64,000 bases of DNA. Origin: Candidatus Amesbacteria bacterium RIFCSPLOWO2_01_FULL_48_25 (GTDB lineage: Bacteria > Patescibacteriota > Microgenomatia > CAZETR01 > Amesbacteraceae). The DNA is taken from NCBI GenBank assembly GCA_001773695.1, contig MEXN01000005.1, positions 3,687 through 67,686 on the forward strand. Direction: 5' to 3'. The notes beneath the pieces were generated by a model, which saw only the letters and a program-made list of their open reading frames with translations, was not told the origin of the DNA and searched no databases. Below, in pieces: positions 45,082-55,490 of the stretch. Made by a program: the position numbers and the translations under genes. How positions within the stretch are numbered: the first letter of the stretch is position 1; the number at the start of each line of letters is the position of its first letter.

Positions 45082-45690
45082 CTAGATTGTCACCTCGTGC
45101 CAGGTGTCGCCTTCGGCTTTGTATAATTTGGCGTTTTGTTCTAGGACCCGGTCTATAAATAGTATGCCGTTGAGGTGGTCCATTTCATGCTGAATGATAT
45201 GGGCAGGAAAGCCCGAAAAGACTGAGGTCTTTTCAATAATATCACCCTCGCCTTCGGCACCCCCTCTTAAATTCTCGCTTTCGGCTCGTGCCTTCGTCGT
45301 AAGAGGGGGATGGGGGGTGATACTGTGGAGAGTTTGATATTTGACGGTTACAGACATGGCGCGGGTGATGGGGGAATAGTGGCCGGGAAGGGAGAGGCAA
45401 CCCTCGTAGGTGCCGGATTTGCCATGGGGCAATTGGCGACGCTGGGAATATTTTATAATTTCGGGGTTGATGAAGACCTGGGGTATATCGTCTGGCTTGG
45501 GACGAGTGATAAAAATGCGCAAAGAGATTCCAATCTGGGGAGCGGCCAGCCCGACGCCAACTGGGTTTTTGGCGGTAATTAGTACTTTTTTCATATAATT
45601 GATGATATTTAGTACTCTAGAATCTAAGGAGGCGACGGACCTGGCGGTTTGGCGGAGTACGGGGTCGGGGACTTGGACGATTGTCGTCAT
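45082..45690 (-). CDS. def: Peptide deformylase
   Basis: GVGLAAPQIG, EGCLS, QHEMDHLNG. Confidence 0.97.
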   Translation of the reverse strand: MTTIVQVPDPVLRQTARSVASLDSRVLNIINYMKKVLITAKNPVGVGLAAPQIGISLRIFITRPKPDDIPQVFINPEIIKYSQRRQLPHGKSGTYEGCLSLPGHYSPITRAMSVTVKYQTLHSITPHPPLTTKARAESENLRGGAEGEGDIIEKTSVFSGFPAHIIQHEMDHLNGILFIDRVLEQNAKLYKAEGDTWHEVTI

Positions 45691-47723
45691 GGGGTGATTT
45701 TATCACCAGAGGGGGTTGCCTGCCTGCCGGCAGGCAGGGTGAGCTCTTCCAGGCGAACTTTTGGATCGTTGAAGTCCGGCTTTAAGTCGAGAGAAGCTTG
45801 GAAATACTGGCGGGCCAAATCCGGGTGGTCTAGGTAGATGGCTATGATACCGCGGTTGTAGGGAATACGGGGGTCGGTGGGGGAGATTTGTGTGGCCTTG
45901 GCTAAGGCCTCGTCTGCTTGGGCCAGGTACTTGGAGTCTAAGTCGGAAAGGAGAATAAACATGCGGGAGCGGTTTTTGAAGATGTTGGGATGATATGGGT
46001 TGACTGATGCGGCTTTGTCCGAGGCGGATATGGCCACTCTGGCGAGTTGGGAGGCGGAAGTAGGGTCGGACTCGTTTGAGGCCAAGGCCAAAAAGGCGGC
46101 GGTGACTGATAAATCTGAGGCGATGGAGGGTTCGGCGGGATTGCCTTCATATGCCTGGGTCAAAGATTGATAGGAGGAGAGCAGGTATTTTGGCTCCTGG
46201 GTGGCGGTGAAGGCGCGGAGATTATATGTGCCGGCGGCATAATCGACGTCGGCTAGCCAGTAGCGGGAGATAGCAAACAACAAATAGCAAACAGCAAATC
46301 CGGGAATAAATAACAAGAATATTTGGGGTTTCGAGATTTGGGTTGATTTGTGTTCTTGGGGTTCATTGTTTAGAGCGATGGCCATGGCGGGGAAGAGGAA
46401 CAAAAATATTTGGATAATGACGACGGAAAAGCCCCAGAAATTCGTGACGGATATAGAAAGCCAACCCGCAAACAAGGCGGTCAGTAACGCCCCCTCTGAG
46501 GGGGTGTTATTAAAAAAGCATCGAATCATAAAACCAAGCAAGACCAGGTAGGAGAGAAGGCCGAGTAAACCGGTATTGGCTAAGTAGTTTAGAAACTCAT
46601 TGTGGGCTTTGTTGTAGAGGAGTTCCCATTCGGTGGTGGTGTTGTGGGCCCGGGGCCGGTATTGATAGTAGGACATAGCAAATGTTTCCGGGCCGGTTCC
46701 TACTAGGAAGTTTTTGGTGCTGGCTTGCCAGATACTTAAGGCCCCGGACCAGACGATTTTTCTGATATTTCCGGATTCGGTGATGCCGCTGGTTTCCAGG
46801 GAAGTTTCGGTGGGGGAGGTCGTTTTGGTAGTGATGGGTGGGGGAGGAGAGGATTTAAATCTGGATTTCAGGAAATCTCCGGCGGGATTATTGATGGTGA
46901 GGGTGAGGGTGAGCGTGAGGGCTAAAAAGGCAAGAATTTTTAATTTTAAATTCGAAATTTTTAATGAATTTTTATTTTTTAAATTTTCAATTATTAAATT
47001 TCCCCAAAACAAGATTGATGATATGCCGAAGGCCATGAGGCCGGAGCGGGATTTGGTAAACAGTAATGCAGAAAAGTAAATAGTGAACAGTAAATAGTAA
47101 ATTGTAGGGAATTTTTTGGAAGATAAAATTTTGGAGAGGGGAACAAACATTAGGGCGACTAAATATGCGGCCATCCAGTTAGGCTGGCCCAATGTGGCAA
47201 AAACCCGGCCTTGGACATCTTGGACCCAGCAGGAAACGTCCCAGGTACCTGTCGTGAATACGCAGGATGGGGAGAAACCAAAATGCTCGAGAGTGCCGTA
47301 GATAGAAACAAGGGCGGAAGTGATCAGTGAATAGTTGATCAGTTTCAGGGTAGAGCGGCGGTCCATGTAGGTGACGTAGGCCCAATAGAGGAGGGAGTAA
47401 GCCAGTAATGATGCTAGACCTCCGTTAAATCTGGAATAGTAGCCGTGCCAGGAGACGTGGGTGGAAATAGAGAATAAGAGACTAAGAGATTGAGATATTA
47501 AGAAAATAAGAAGCGGCCAGTCTAGGGGGGTGCGCCTAAAAACGAATTTTTTTTGTAGAATGCAGTCGGCGAGCCAGGAGGAAACTATAACGGTTGTGAT
47601 GAGATAGGTGAGAATGATTTTATTAAATTCAAAAAGCTCGGAGGTGATTGAGAGGAAAAAGAGGGGGACGGAGAAGAAAAGAAGGTAAAACGACCAGCGG
47701 ATGATTCTACTTGGCCAGGACAT
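45687..47723 (-). CDS. O-antigen ligase-like membrane protein with TPR
   Basis: ATLGQPN, TKSRSG, GTGPETF, KAHNEFL. Confidence 0.88.
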   Translation of the reverse strand: MSWPSRIIRWSFYLLFFSVPLFFLSITSELFEFNKIILTYLITTVIVSSWLADCILQKKFVFRRTPLDWPLLIFLISQSLSLLFSISTHVSWHGYYSRFNGGLASLLAYSLLYWAYVTYMDRRSTLKLINYSLITSALVSIYGTLEHFGFSPSCVFTTGTWDVSCWVQDVQGRVFATLGQPNWMAAYLVALMFVPLSKILSSKKFPTIYYLLFTIYFSALLFTKSRSGLMAFGISSILFWGNLIIENLKNKNSLKISNLKLKILAFLALTLTLTLTINNPAGDFLKSRFKSSPPPPITTKTTSPTETSLETSGITESGNIRKIVWSGALSIWQASTKNFLVGTGPETFAMSYYQYRPRAHNTTTEWELLYNKAHNEFLNYLANTGLLGLLSYLVLLGFMIRCFFNNTPSEGALLTALFAGWLSISVTNFWGFSVVIIQIFLFLFPAMAIALNNEPQEHKSTQISKPQIFLLFIPGFAVCYLLFAISRYWLADVDYAAGTYNLRAFTATQEPKYLLSSYQSLTQAYEGNPAEPSIASDLSVTAAFLALASNESDPTSASQLARVAISASDKAASVNPYHPNIFKNRSRMFILLSDLDSKYLAQADEALAKATQISPTDPRIPYNRGIIAIYLDHPDLARQYFQASLDLKPDFNDPKVRLEELTLPAGRQATPSGDKITP

Positions 47724-47750
47724 GCTAATTAGTTTAGCATGTTGCCGTCT

Positions 47751-47981
47751 TTAATTTTGGGAAGCGATGGCCAGCGCCCCCAGGCCGAAAAGGGTAATGC
47801 CGCCTAGGCAATATACCCCAAGCATGGCGTCGGGAGAGATTTTGCCGGCCCCGATCTCGTAAACCTGGTTTAGGATGGCGGCCCCGGTGCCAATTGCTAG
47901 TGTAGCTATAGCTGCCAATTTGGTCCAAGAAGGGATATTCAATTTGGATTCGGGTTGATTTTCTGGGGGACGAATAGACAT
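47751..47981 (-). CDS. Small two-TM protein
   Basis: TATAAT 8 nt upstream. Confidence 0.55.
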   Translation of the reverse strand: MSIRPPENQPESKLNIPSWTKLAAIATLAIGTGAAILNQVYEIGAGKISPDAMLGVYCLGGITLFGLGALAIASQN

Positions 47982-48075
47982 GTTATGTCATTATAACACT
48001 GACTATAGGATATGTCAAAAGAGATTGGATACTATAGGCTTGACATGGTGTTTGGTATGTGGTAGCCTTATATTT

Positions 48076-48447
48076 ATGCCATACGGAAGCAATGAGGGTG
48101 ACCGATCTTTCGAAACTGTCGAACAGGCCAGGAATTCTGCCGTGGGATATGCAATGAGAGCTTTGGGATGGTTGGTTGGTTGTACTACACCCAAAAGAGA
48201 AGTAGATAATGCTGGAGACGAGAAGGCGGTGGTGTGGCAGGTAAAGGGAGAGAACGGGACGAAAAAATTCGTGAGAATCAGAGAAGATTTACATGATCCG
48301 AGTGGAAAAGTGGTGTTTGATGTAGAGACGTCTCAGAGTTCACCCAAGAGATCCACAAGTAAAGAGACCGTGCATTTTTTGGCTCAAGACTCTGATGCCG
48401 AAGCGGTTGCAGCAAAAAAATCAAGGAGACGGGGTAATGGCCAGTAG
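48076..48447 (+). CDS. Hypothetical protein
   Basis: TTGACA upstream; overlaps the kinase start. Confidence 0.5.
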   Translation: MPYGSNEGDRSFETVEQARNSAVGYAMRALGWLVGCTTPKREVDNAGDEKAVVWQVKGENGTKKFVRIREDLHDPSGKVVFDVETSQSSPKRSTSKETVHFLAQDSDAEAVAAKKSRRRGNGQ

Positions 48448-49330
48448 ATATGAGGTTTTTGAATTGTTATCAGGCATAGAATCATTGTCCCGCGAGCAGA
48501 GGGGAAATATAAGTCGAGTAAGTAAAAGAAAACTTCTTAATCAGGCCGGAACTACATATTTAGCAATGGTTGAGTACGAGTCTGGGAAAAAGGTAGAGGG
48601 GATTTGTAAAGAGTATGAGCGTGGCCAGGGAAGTGGGTGGTTGGAGGCGGCAACTAAGCAGGCGTTGGTCTTAAGCGCTTTGGAAATGCAGGATAATACT
48701 ACTGGAAAGTTGTTGGACGTGGTAGTGGGGGTAGATGAAAGTGACAGGGTTGATAAGGTTATGATAGTGCGGGGGAGGATTGAAGGTATGACACTCAGAG
48801 ATTTTGTTTCAGCAAGACCGCTTAGTGAAGTGAGAAGGCGCGTGGGAGTGTTGTTTTCCCAACTGGCACAAGTTTCTTCTGACGGAGTTTTGATTAATGT
48901 TGGTATGGCATATTGCGGTGACTTGTCCGCTCGAAATGTAATCGAGTCTGGGCGGGGATATGAGATTATTGAATGGGACGGGTTGCTTGGGCAGGGTGGG
49001 ATGTCAGATTTAACGGCCGGTTACGTGGCTCCGGAAGTGATTAATACAGAAGGTGCAGTGGCCGAGGTTCAGGCTGATACATATAGTCTGGGTTGTGTTT
49101 TGGCCAGGGCCTTAATCGGGCAGGAGAGATTTAGGAGTATAGTTCCAGTAGGAGATTTCGCTAAGTTTTTGACGTTTGATAAAATTAAAAATTTGGTTCC
49201 GCGTGAAGCTCACGATTTTTTTGCATTTACTTTGAGGAAGTCAAATAGAGACAGGGTGTTCTCGGGGGCTAGTAACCCAACGGTTCACTACCAGAGGTCG
49301 AAGGAATTGTTTATGGGACGGCTCAGTTAA
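48437..49330 (+). CDS. Divergent Ser/Thr protein kinase-like protein
   Basis: GDLSARNV, TAGYVAPE, ADTYSLG; DFG not canonical. Confidence 0.7.
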   Translation: MASRYEVFELLSGIESLSREQRGNISRVSKRKLLNQAGTTYLAMVEYESGKKVEGICKEYERGQGSGWLEAATKQALVLSALEMQDNTTGKLLDVVVGVDESDRVDKVMIVRGRIEGMTLRDFVSARPLSEVRRRVGVLFSQLAQVSSDGVLINVGMAYCGDLSARNVIESGRGYEIIEWDGLLGQGGMSDLTAGYVAPEVINTEGAVAEVQADTYSLGCVLARALIGQERFRSIVPVGDFAKFLTFDKIKNLVPREAHDFFAFTLRKSNRDRVFSGASNPTVHYQRSKELFMGRLS

Positions 49331-49332
49331 AA

Positions 49333-49683
49333 TTATTCAGATTGGCTGGAGGCAAGGTTGATGATGCGGACGGAGTGGCCGGTGGGGTGAGCTAAGATGT
49401 GTTTGGTTGCCGATTTTTCGGCTTCTACTTTTGCGTTTAGTAATATCTGGGGCTCATTGGGGTCTGGGGTTTGTCCACAATAGCGAACAAGTAGGAGGAA
49501 CAAATGCAGGCCGCGGCCGCGGTCGCATTTTTGACAGAAGACCATTACTCCAATGGCCGTTCCCCTCAATATTTCTTCGTCTTTTATTGTTGATGAATCT
49601 GTATCGTATGCAGGTGGAAAATCACATGGGGGAGGCCCTTCTTTGCTAAACTTGCTTCTTCGGGTCCAGTGGTGTCCTTTCAT
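49333..49683 (-). CDS. Hypothetical protein with CxxC..HxxxxxxH
   Basis: 116-aa ORF. Confidence 0.5.
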   Translation of the reverse strand: MKGHHWTRRSKFSKEGPPPCDFPPAYDTDSSTIKDEEILRGTAIGVMVFCQKCDRGRGLHLFLLLVRYCGQTPDPNEPQILLNAKVEAEKSATKHILAHPTGHSVRIINLASSQSE

Positions 49684-49689
49684 AGCTTA

Positions 49690-50157
49690 TTAGGAGTTAT
49701 CGTCGGGGCTGGCGTAGGGTTCACCACCTTTTAACATGTGGTGGTTCCAGTTTTGGTGTTGGGGAAGATCTGCTAGTATGAACGTTCTCGCATCTAGTTT
49801 TAGGTTTGTGATTGCATCTCTATCTGCTAGTATAATCCGGCAAATTAATTGCTCAGCCTGATCGACGACGTTGGGTAGTTTGGCAGGCCGGGTGTGAGTG
49901 GGGAGGTTTTTTTCTGAGTCGGGGACGGGGAAGAAGAGGCAGTGGGGACCAGTACATTCACCGGAGCGATCGTGAGGGCATTGGAAGGGAAGAATTAGTA
50001 GATTTTTTCGTTGGCTAAGTTGGCGGGCGGAATTCCAGAGTTCGCAGGCCATGGGAGAGATTATAGCCGTCATACTCGAGTTCGCCAATGGCGGACAAGA
50101 GTTGGCGGATATATGACCAACGCAGTTTGCTACTGCAAACTGGAATACGTTGGGCAT
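49690..50157 (-). CDS. Cys-rich hypothetical protein
   Basis: 155-aa ORF divergent from mreB. Confidence 0.5.
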   Translation of the reverse strand: MPNVFQFAVANCVGHISANSCPPLANSSMTAIISPMACELWNSARQLSQRKNLLILPFQCPHDRSGECTGPHCLFFPVPDSEKNLPTHTRPAKLPNVVDQAEQLICRIILADRDAITNLKLDARTFILADLPQHQNWNHHMLKGGEPYASPDDNS

Positions 50158-50182
50158 ATATATGATATATTGCGAGTGAGTT

Positions 50183-51238
50183 ATGTTTGATTACTTTTTC
50201 GGGTTGCTTTCGCATGACGTGGGGATTGATTTGGGGACGGCCAATACTCTGGTGCATGTCAAAGGCCGGGGGATTGTAATTCGCGAGCCGTCGGTTGTGG
50301 CTCGGCACAGAAAGACCCATCAGGTGTTGGCTATTGGTGAGGAGGCCAAAAAAATGCTGGGGCGGACGCCAGCTACAATTGAAGCCTTAAGGCCACTTAA
50401 AGACGGAGTGATTGCCGATTTTGATGCGACTGAGGCGATGCTGTCATACTACATCAGACTGGTGCATGAGTCGGGGCGGCTTATTCCTAGGATTCCCAAG
50501 CCCAGGGTGGTTATTGGAATTCCCTCGGGTGTGACCGAAGTGGAGAGGCGGGCGGTGCAGGAAGCGGCGCTTAGCGCCGGGGCCAGACAATGTTTTTTGA
50601 TTGAGGAGCCGATGGCGGCGGCTATCGGGGCGCAGTTGCCTATTGATGATGCTGGGGGGGTGATGGTGGTTGATATTGGCGGTGGGACGAGCGAGATGGC
50701 GGTAATTTCCTTGGGAGGGATAGTCTTGAACAAGTCGATCAGGATTGCCGGTGATGAGATGGACGAGGCGATTATCCACTATGTGAGGCTGAAATATAAT
50801 GTACTTTTGGGAGAGCGGACGGCGGAGGATGTGAAGTTTTCTTTAGGCAACGCCCATGTGTCTGCTTTTGAGAACCAAGTGAAGTATATGGTTGTTCGTG
50901 GGCGGGATTTGGAGAGCGGGCTTCCTAGAAGCCTAAAGATTACTTCAGACGAGATCCGAGAAGCGCTGATGCCAACTTTAAGAGAGATTACGTCGGCTGT
51001 TGCTGATTTGATTGAGGTGACTCCGCCGGAACTGGTGGCGGATGTATTGGAGCGGGGAATTGTGATGGCCGGAGGGGGGAGCATGATTGCCGGAATGAGT
51101 AAGCTAATGGAGGACGAGACGCGGATGCCGGTATATGTGGCGGACGATCCGATGACGGCTGTCGTTCGGGGGTGTGGCATGGTGTTGGAGGACGAGCAGC
51201 TTCTTAAAAGAGTGAGAGTGGTGGGAGGACTGAGATAG
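50183..51238 (+). CDS. mreB: Rod shape-determining protein MreB
   Basis: GIDLGTANT, IEEPMAAAIGA, VDIGGGT. Confidence 0.98.
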   Translation: MFDYFFGLLSHDVGIDLGTANTLVHVKGRGIVIREPSVVARHRKTHQVLAIGEEAKKMLGRTPATIEALRPLKDGVIADFDATEAMLSYYIRLVHESGRLIPRIPKPRVVIGIPSGVTEVERRAVQEAALSAGARQCFLIEEPMAAAIGAQLPIDDAGGVMVVDIGGGTSEMAVISLGGIVLNKSIRIAGDEMDEAIIHYVRLKYNVLLGERTAEDVKFSLGNAHVSAFENQVKYMVVRGRDLESGLPRSLKITSDEIREALMPTLREITSAVADLIEVTPPELVADVLERGIVMAGGGSMIAGMSKLMEDETRMPVYVADDPMTAVVRGCGMVLEDEQLLKRVRVVGGLR

Positions 51239-51278
51239 CAAATTGACCTAATTGACCTAATTGATCTAATGTCTAAGT

Positions 51279-52904
51279 ATGCGTAAATTCAGGCCGGGGT
51301 TGAGTTTTTCCGATTTTGTACAGCGGGGGGGGAAGGTATGGAAATTTAGGGCCGAGGAGCAGAGAGATTACCGGAGGGGATGGTTGGTGTGGCTGGGGGT
51401 TGTCGTGGTGTTTGGAGTATTGGGAGTACGACTTACCGGCTTGACGGTATTTTCAGGTGGAAAGTATCGGGTACTGGCGGATGAGAACCGGATTTCTAGG
51501 ATTAGGCTGCCGGCGCCCAGGGGAAAAATTTTGGATAGGAACGGAGTAGAGTTGCTCCGAGACGAGGCGACCGCGCACGTGGTGGGTTATGTGGGGGAGG
51601 TAAGCGAAGATGAGGTAGGGCTTTTGAAAGAAAAGGGGGCCAAATACACTCCTGGAAGTTTGATTGGCAGATCAGGGATAGAAGCTCAGTACGAAGAAAC
51701 TTTGCGGGGGGTGGATGGGGGGAGGCTGGTGGAGGTGGATAACGTAGGTGAGGCAGCCCGCGAGTTGGGCAGGCGGGAGCCGGTAGCGGGGACTGATTTG
51801 CGGTTATCAATAGACGCTGGCCTACAGGAAATAGCATATAAGTCATTAAATGGTCAAAAGGGGGCGGCGGCGGTTTCTGATCCGAGGACGGGAGAAATAT
51901 TGGCGCTGGTGTCGTCGCCGTCGTTTGATCCAAACGAGATTAGTACTAAGTATGAAGTACTAAGTGCAAAGGCGGACTTACCTTTTTTCAACCGGGCGAT
52001 TGGCGGTGTATATGCGCCGGGGTCGACTTTTAAGATAGTAACGACCACGGCAGCCCTTGAGTCGGGGAATGTCGAACCGGATTTTGTGTTTGAGGACCGG
52101 GGAGTGATAACCGTGGGTAGTTTTAGCTACACCAACTGGTTGTTTACCAAACGGGGGGGAATAGAAGGGGTGGTGGGATTTGATCGGGCTTTGACCCGCT
52201 CAACGGATACATTTTTTTATAAGGTGGGGGAGTTGACAGGGCCGGAAATCATAGTCGAGTGGGCCAAGAAAATGGGGTTGGGGGAGAAAACCGGGATTGA
52301 TTTGCCCGGAGAAGTGGCTGGATTGGTGCCGGACCCAACGGCTGGCTCAGGGCAAGGCTGGTATTTGGGGAACACGTATCACTTGGCGATTGGGCAAGAA
52401 GACTTGCTGGCGACGCCGTTGCAGATTAATGTGATGACTAATATTATTGCTTCGAACGGAAAGAAATGTAAGCCTAGGCTGGTTAATACCGCCCTCTCCA
52501 GTCCCCCTCCTAAATTAGGAGGGGGAAGTAAGGGGGAGGTATGTAGCGAGGTTAAGATTTCATCCGAAACCCTTGAAATTATTAAAAAGGGGATGGTGGG
52601 GGCGTGCAGTACCGGGGGAACGAGCTTTGTGATGTTTGATTGGAATGCGTCGGAGTCGTTTCCGAAGATTGCTTGTAAGACGGGGACCGCTGAGTATGTG
52701 GCCCAGAACGGCCGGATAAAAACCCACGCTTGGCTGACGGCCTTTGCTCCGGCTGATAACCCCGTGATTTCGGCTACGGTAGTGTTTGAGGGCGGGGGGG
52801 AAGGATCCAATGTGGCAGCGCCGGCGGTCCGGAAAATATTTGCTAAATATTTTGGGGTGGAAGACACTTATCCTTACGGGGCGATTAGGGGGGAGGGAGA
52901 ATAA
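51279..52904 (+). CDS. mrdA: Class B penicillin-binding protein 2
   Basis: APRGKILDRNG, STFK, STD, KTGT. Confidence 0.92.
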   Translation: MRKFRPGLSFSDFVQRGGKVWKFRAEEQRDYRRGWLVWLGVVVVFGVLGVRLTGLTVFSGGKYRVLADENRISRIRLPAPRGKILDRNGVELLRDEATAHVVGYVGEVSEDEVGLLKEKGAKYTPGSLIGRSGIEAQYEETLRGVDGGRLVEVDNVGEAARELGRREPVAGTDLRLSIDAGLQEIAYKSLNGQKGAAAVSDPRTGEILALVSSPSFDPNEISTKYEVLSAKADLPFFNRAIGGVYAPGSTFKIVTTTAALESGNVEPDFVFEDRGVITVGSFSYTNWLFTKRGGIEGVVGFDRALTRSTDTFFYKVGELTGPEIIVEWAKKMGLGEKTGIDLPGEVAGLVPDPTAGSGQGWYLGNTYHLAIGQEDLLATPLQINVMTNIIASNGKKCKPRLVNTALSSPPPKLGGGSKGEVCSEVKISSETLEIIKKGMVGACSTGGTSFVMFDWNASESFPKIACKTGTAEYVAQNGRIKTHAWLTAFAPADNPVISATVVFEGGGEGSNVAAPAVRKIFAKYFGVEDTYPYGAIRGEGE

Positions 52905-52905
52905 A

Positions 52906-54138
52906 TTACCGGCAGACGCAATATGTCCATCTGGTGAGTTGGTTTGATGTGGACCCTTTTGAACAATAGTTTGATAAGAATGAACTGGTCATTAAAGTGG
53001 CACAGTTCCCACCTTCTGTGACGCAGTCGTAATTTACATAACATGACGATGGAGAGAATGGACAGTTGAGGTCGGCGGGGTCGGAGTATCCGGGAATTAT
53101 GATATCAACGCAAGAGAGGCCACGGCTGCTGCAGATCATGGCACAGGAATCGCCAGTGCCTGCGTTGAGTATCGGAGCGAGGGTGGGGGTGGGGGGAATG
53201 GGGGTGGGGGTGACCACATTAATAACATAACTTGCAAACGGTCCGGGACAGCGATAAACGGGTGGTCCACTAACACAGTCGCTGTTCCCTCGACATTCCG
53301 CAATACCATCATTCCATGCTCGGCAATCGATGACATATCTACCGCCAACCGTGGGAGTCCATGTGAATGACACGTTCCCCGGTCCGCCCGGTGAATCTTG
53401 CCAGAAATTCTGTGTCGCGCAATTATTACTTGTTACTGCCGTTCCCCTGCTGGTTACCGGTCCGTTGTAGTTTTCGTAAGTGAAAGTGTACGTCGCTGGA
53501 TTTCCTAGCACTATTGTTGAAGGTCCAGTCACATTCTTGCAATTGGGATATGGGGGTAGGGTTGGGGTGGGGGTGGGGGGGGACGAAAGACATTGGCAGA
53601 TGAGGGAGGAGATGCAGTAGGGTTGGTTTGGAGATGTGCAGTTGTTTTCAACCACTGATCCTATGTCGCACTGGCAGGTGTTTGGAGGAAGAAATGAGGT
53701 GGGGGTGGGGGGAATGGAAGTGGGTGGTGGGGTAGTGGGGACTCGGGTGGCTGTGGGTGGGGGAGGTGGGAAGGTCGGTTGGGGGGGGGAAGACGAGAAA
53801 CCTGAGGTAAAGGAAGGGATTTGGTAAGAGATGAGGTTGATCCCAAAAAACTGGGAGGCGAGGCGGATGATGAGTAAAATACATAAAAGAATGGTCAGAC
53901 CTACGAGAGCAGAAATGAGCCTTTTTCTGGCTTGACCCAGAGCTTCTTTGTCACCTCCAGCGGTTAAAAATTGATAGCCTCCCCAGATGAGCATGAACAG
54001 AAAGACAATGCCGCCGATTATGAGTGCCAGGGTGAGGACGGCCTGAAAGATGTTGGAGAGAATCGTTCCCAGCTTGTCTAATCCTAGCTGACCTAAGGCT
54101 GGAGTTAGAATTGGGTTTACCAGGGCAAATAGAGGCAT
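52906..54138 (-). CDS. CPR pilin-like (VirB2/TrbC-like) N-terminal domain with Cys-rich extension
   Basis: LIWGGYQFLTAGGDKE..A.KRLISALVGL. Confidence 0.75.
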   Translation of the reverse strand: MPLFALVNPILTPALGQLGLDKLGTILSNIFQAVLTLALIIGGIVFLFMLIWGGYQFLTAGGDKEALGQARKRLISALVGLTILLCILLIIRLASQFFGINLISYQIPSFTSGFSSSPPQPTFPPPPPTATRVPTTPPPTSIPPTPTSFLPPNTCQCDIGSVVENNCTSPNQPYCISSLICQCLSSPPTPTPTLPPYPNCKNVTGPSTIVLGNPATYTFTYENYNGPVTSRGTAVTSNNCATQNFWQDSPGGPGNVSFTWTPTVGGRYVIDCRAWNDGIAECRGNSDCVSGPPVYRCPGPFASYVINVVTPTPIPPTPTLAPILNAGTGDSCAMICSSRGLSCVDIIIPGYSDPADLNCPFSPSSCYVNYDCVTEGGNCATLMTSSFLSNYCSKGSTSNQLTRWTYCVCR

Positions 54139-54150
54139 ATTATTGATTGC

Positions 54151-55467
54151 TTATTGGCAGCGACAATAGGTCCAGTCTACGAAGTGTCCAGTGCAGACAA
54201 CGTAACCACCGGCGATTTGTGGCTGTCTAGTTAGTGTGGTGTTGCAACTAGCCGGTTGACTGTATGAACAAGAGAAGCCGCTAAGTGTGTTGTAAGTTCC
54301 TCCGGTTCCGGTAGCATTGGTTCCGATGTCGATACATGTCCTGCCGGAATTGCCGCAAACCGTGTTACAAGATTGAGAGATGCCAGGCGCTGGTTCATTG
54401 AGAACCACGACGGGAACTGGGGTAGGGGTGGAAGTGGGGACGGAACATGGGCGGATTCCGGTACAGGAAGTACTGCTAACAGGACTTTCTAAGGCTTGCC
54501 TGTAGGCTGTGGCCGTGTAGGTATAACTAGTTCCACAAATGGCAGTGAAATCCGGATAAGTGAATGTTTGTCCAGTGCCGATGAGGGGATTGGGATTGTC
54601 GAATAGTCTGAATGCTAGGTCGTTTCTGTATATCCTGAACCCGTCTTCGTCTGTGGAGTTGTCTCTAAAGGTGACAGAAATTCTGTCTGTGAGATTTGTT
54701 GAGCAAGAGACCATGGTTGGAGCGATTAGGGGTGCGAGGGTGGGGGTGGGGGAGGGGCCGGAGCCGCCGCATTTACAGTTTGTCCATTGAGTGGGTCTCC
54801 CTTCGCAAATACCGCCGTCGCTATTTAAGTTGAGTGTGCATACATTTGTACCACCGAAGGCTAATTGGTCTGCGCATGTGCCGCCTACGAAAGCTCTCCT
54901 GGCACCATTCTCACCTGCAGCGTCCGTCCCTCTGCTCACGCAGGTGTACCCCCTGCTTGTACAAGCAGTTTGACAATTGCCCGAAGCGTTTATGGGGACT
55001 ATTGATATGAAGGAGGGGGTGGGGGTGGGCGCGCCTGGGGTTGGGGTGGGAGTGGGGTTTAATATGTCAATCGTCGGGGTGGGCGTGCTGCCGCCGGGGA
55101 AGGTGGGGAGGGGAATGAAAGCACCCGGGCCTTCTGAGAAAGTGGGGAGTTGGAAAGCCAAGAGGTTGACGCCAAAGAACTGGGAGGCGAGGCGGGTGAT
55201 GACCAGGATGCATAAAAGGATGATGATGCCAATAAGGGCGGAGGTGAGGCGTTTACTGGCCATGCCCATTTTTTCTTTGTCCCCTGCTGATGTCAAGAAC
55301 TCGTACCCGCCCCAGATGAGCATGAAAAAAAAGATGACAGCGCCTAGGGTGAGCGCTATGGAAAGAATTGCCTGGAGGAAGTTGGAGACGGTTGGTCCTA
55401 TCTTGTCGACTCCTAGCTGACCTAAGGCTGGGTCCAGGATGGGGTTTATGAAGGCGAAGAAGGGCAT
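54151..55467 (-). CDS. CPR pilin-like N-terminal domain with Cys-rich and FN3-like extension
   Basis: LIWGGYEFLTSAGDKE; DNSTDEDGFRIYR. Confidence 0.75.
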   Translation of the reverse strand: MPFFAFINPILDPALGQLGVDKIGPTVSNFLQAILSIALTLGAVIFFFMLIWGGYEFLTSAGDKEKMGMASKRLTSALIGIIILLCILVITRLASQFFGVNLLAFQLPTFSEGPGAFIPLPTFPGGSTPTPTIDILNPTPTPTPGAPTPTPSFISIVPINASGNCQTACTSRGYTCVSRGTDAAGENGARRAFVGGTCADQLAFGGTNVCTLNLNSDGGICEGRPTQWTNCKCGGSGPSPTPTLAPLIAPTMVSCSTNLTDRISVTFRDNSTDEDGFRIYRNDLAFRLFDNPNPLIGTGQTFTYPDFTAICGTSYTYTATAYRQALESPVSSTSCTGIRPCSVPTSTPTPVPVVVLNEPAPGISQSCNTVCGNSGRTCIDIGTNATGTGGTYNTLSGFSCSYSQPASCNTTLTRQPQIAGGYVVCTGHFVDWTYCRCQ

Positions 55468-55490
55468 AGGGCGACTAATGCTACAATAGC

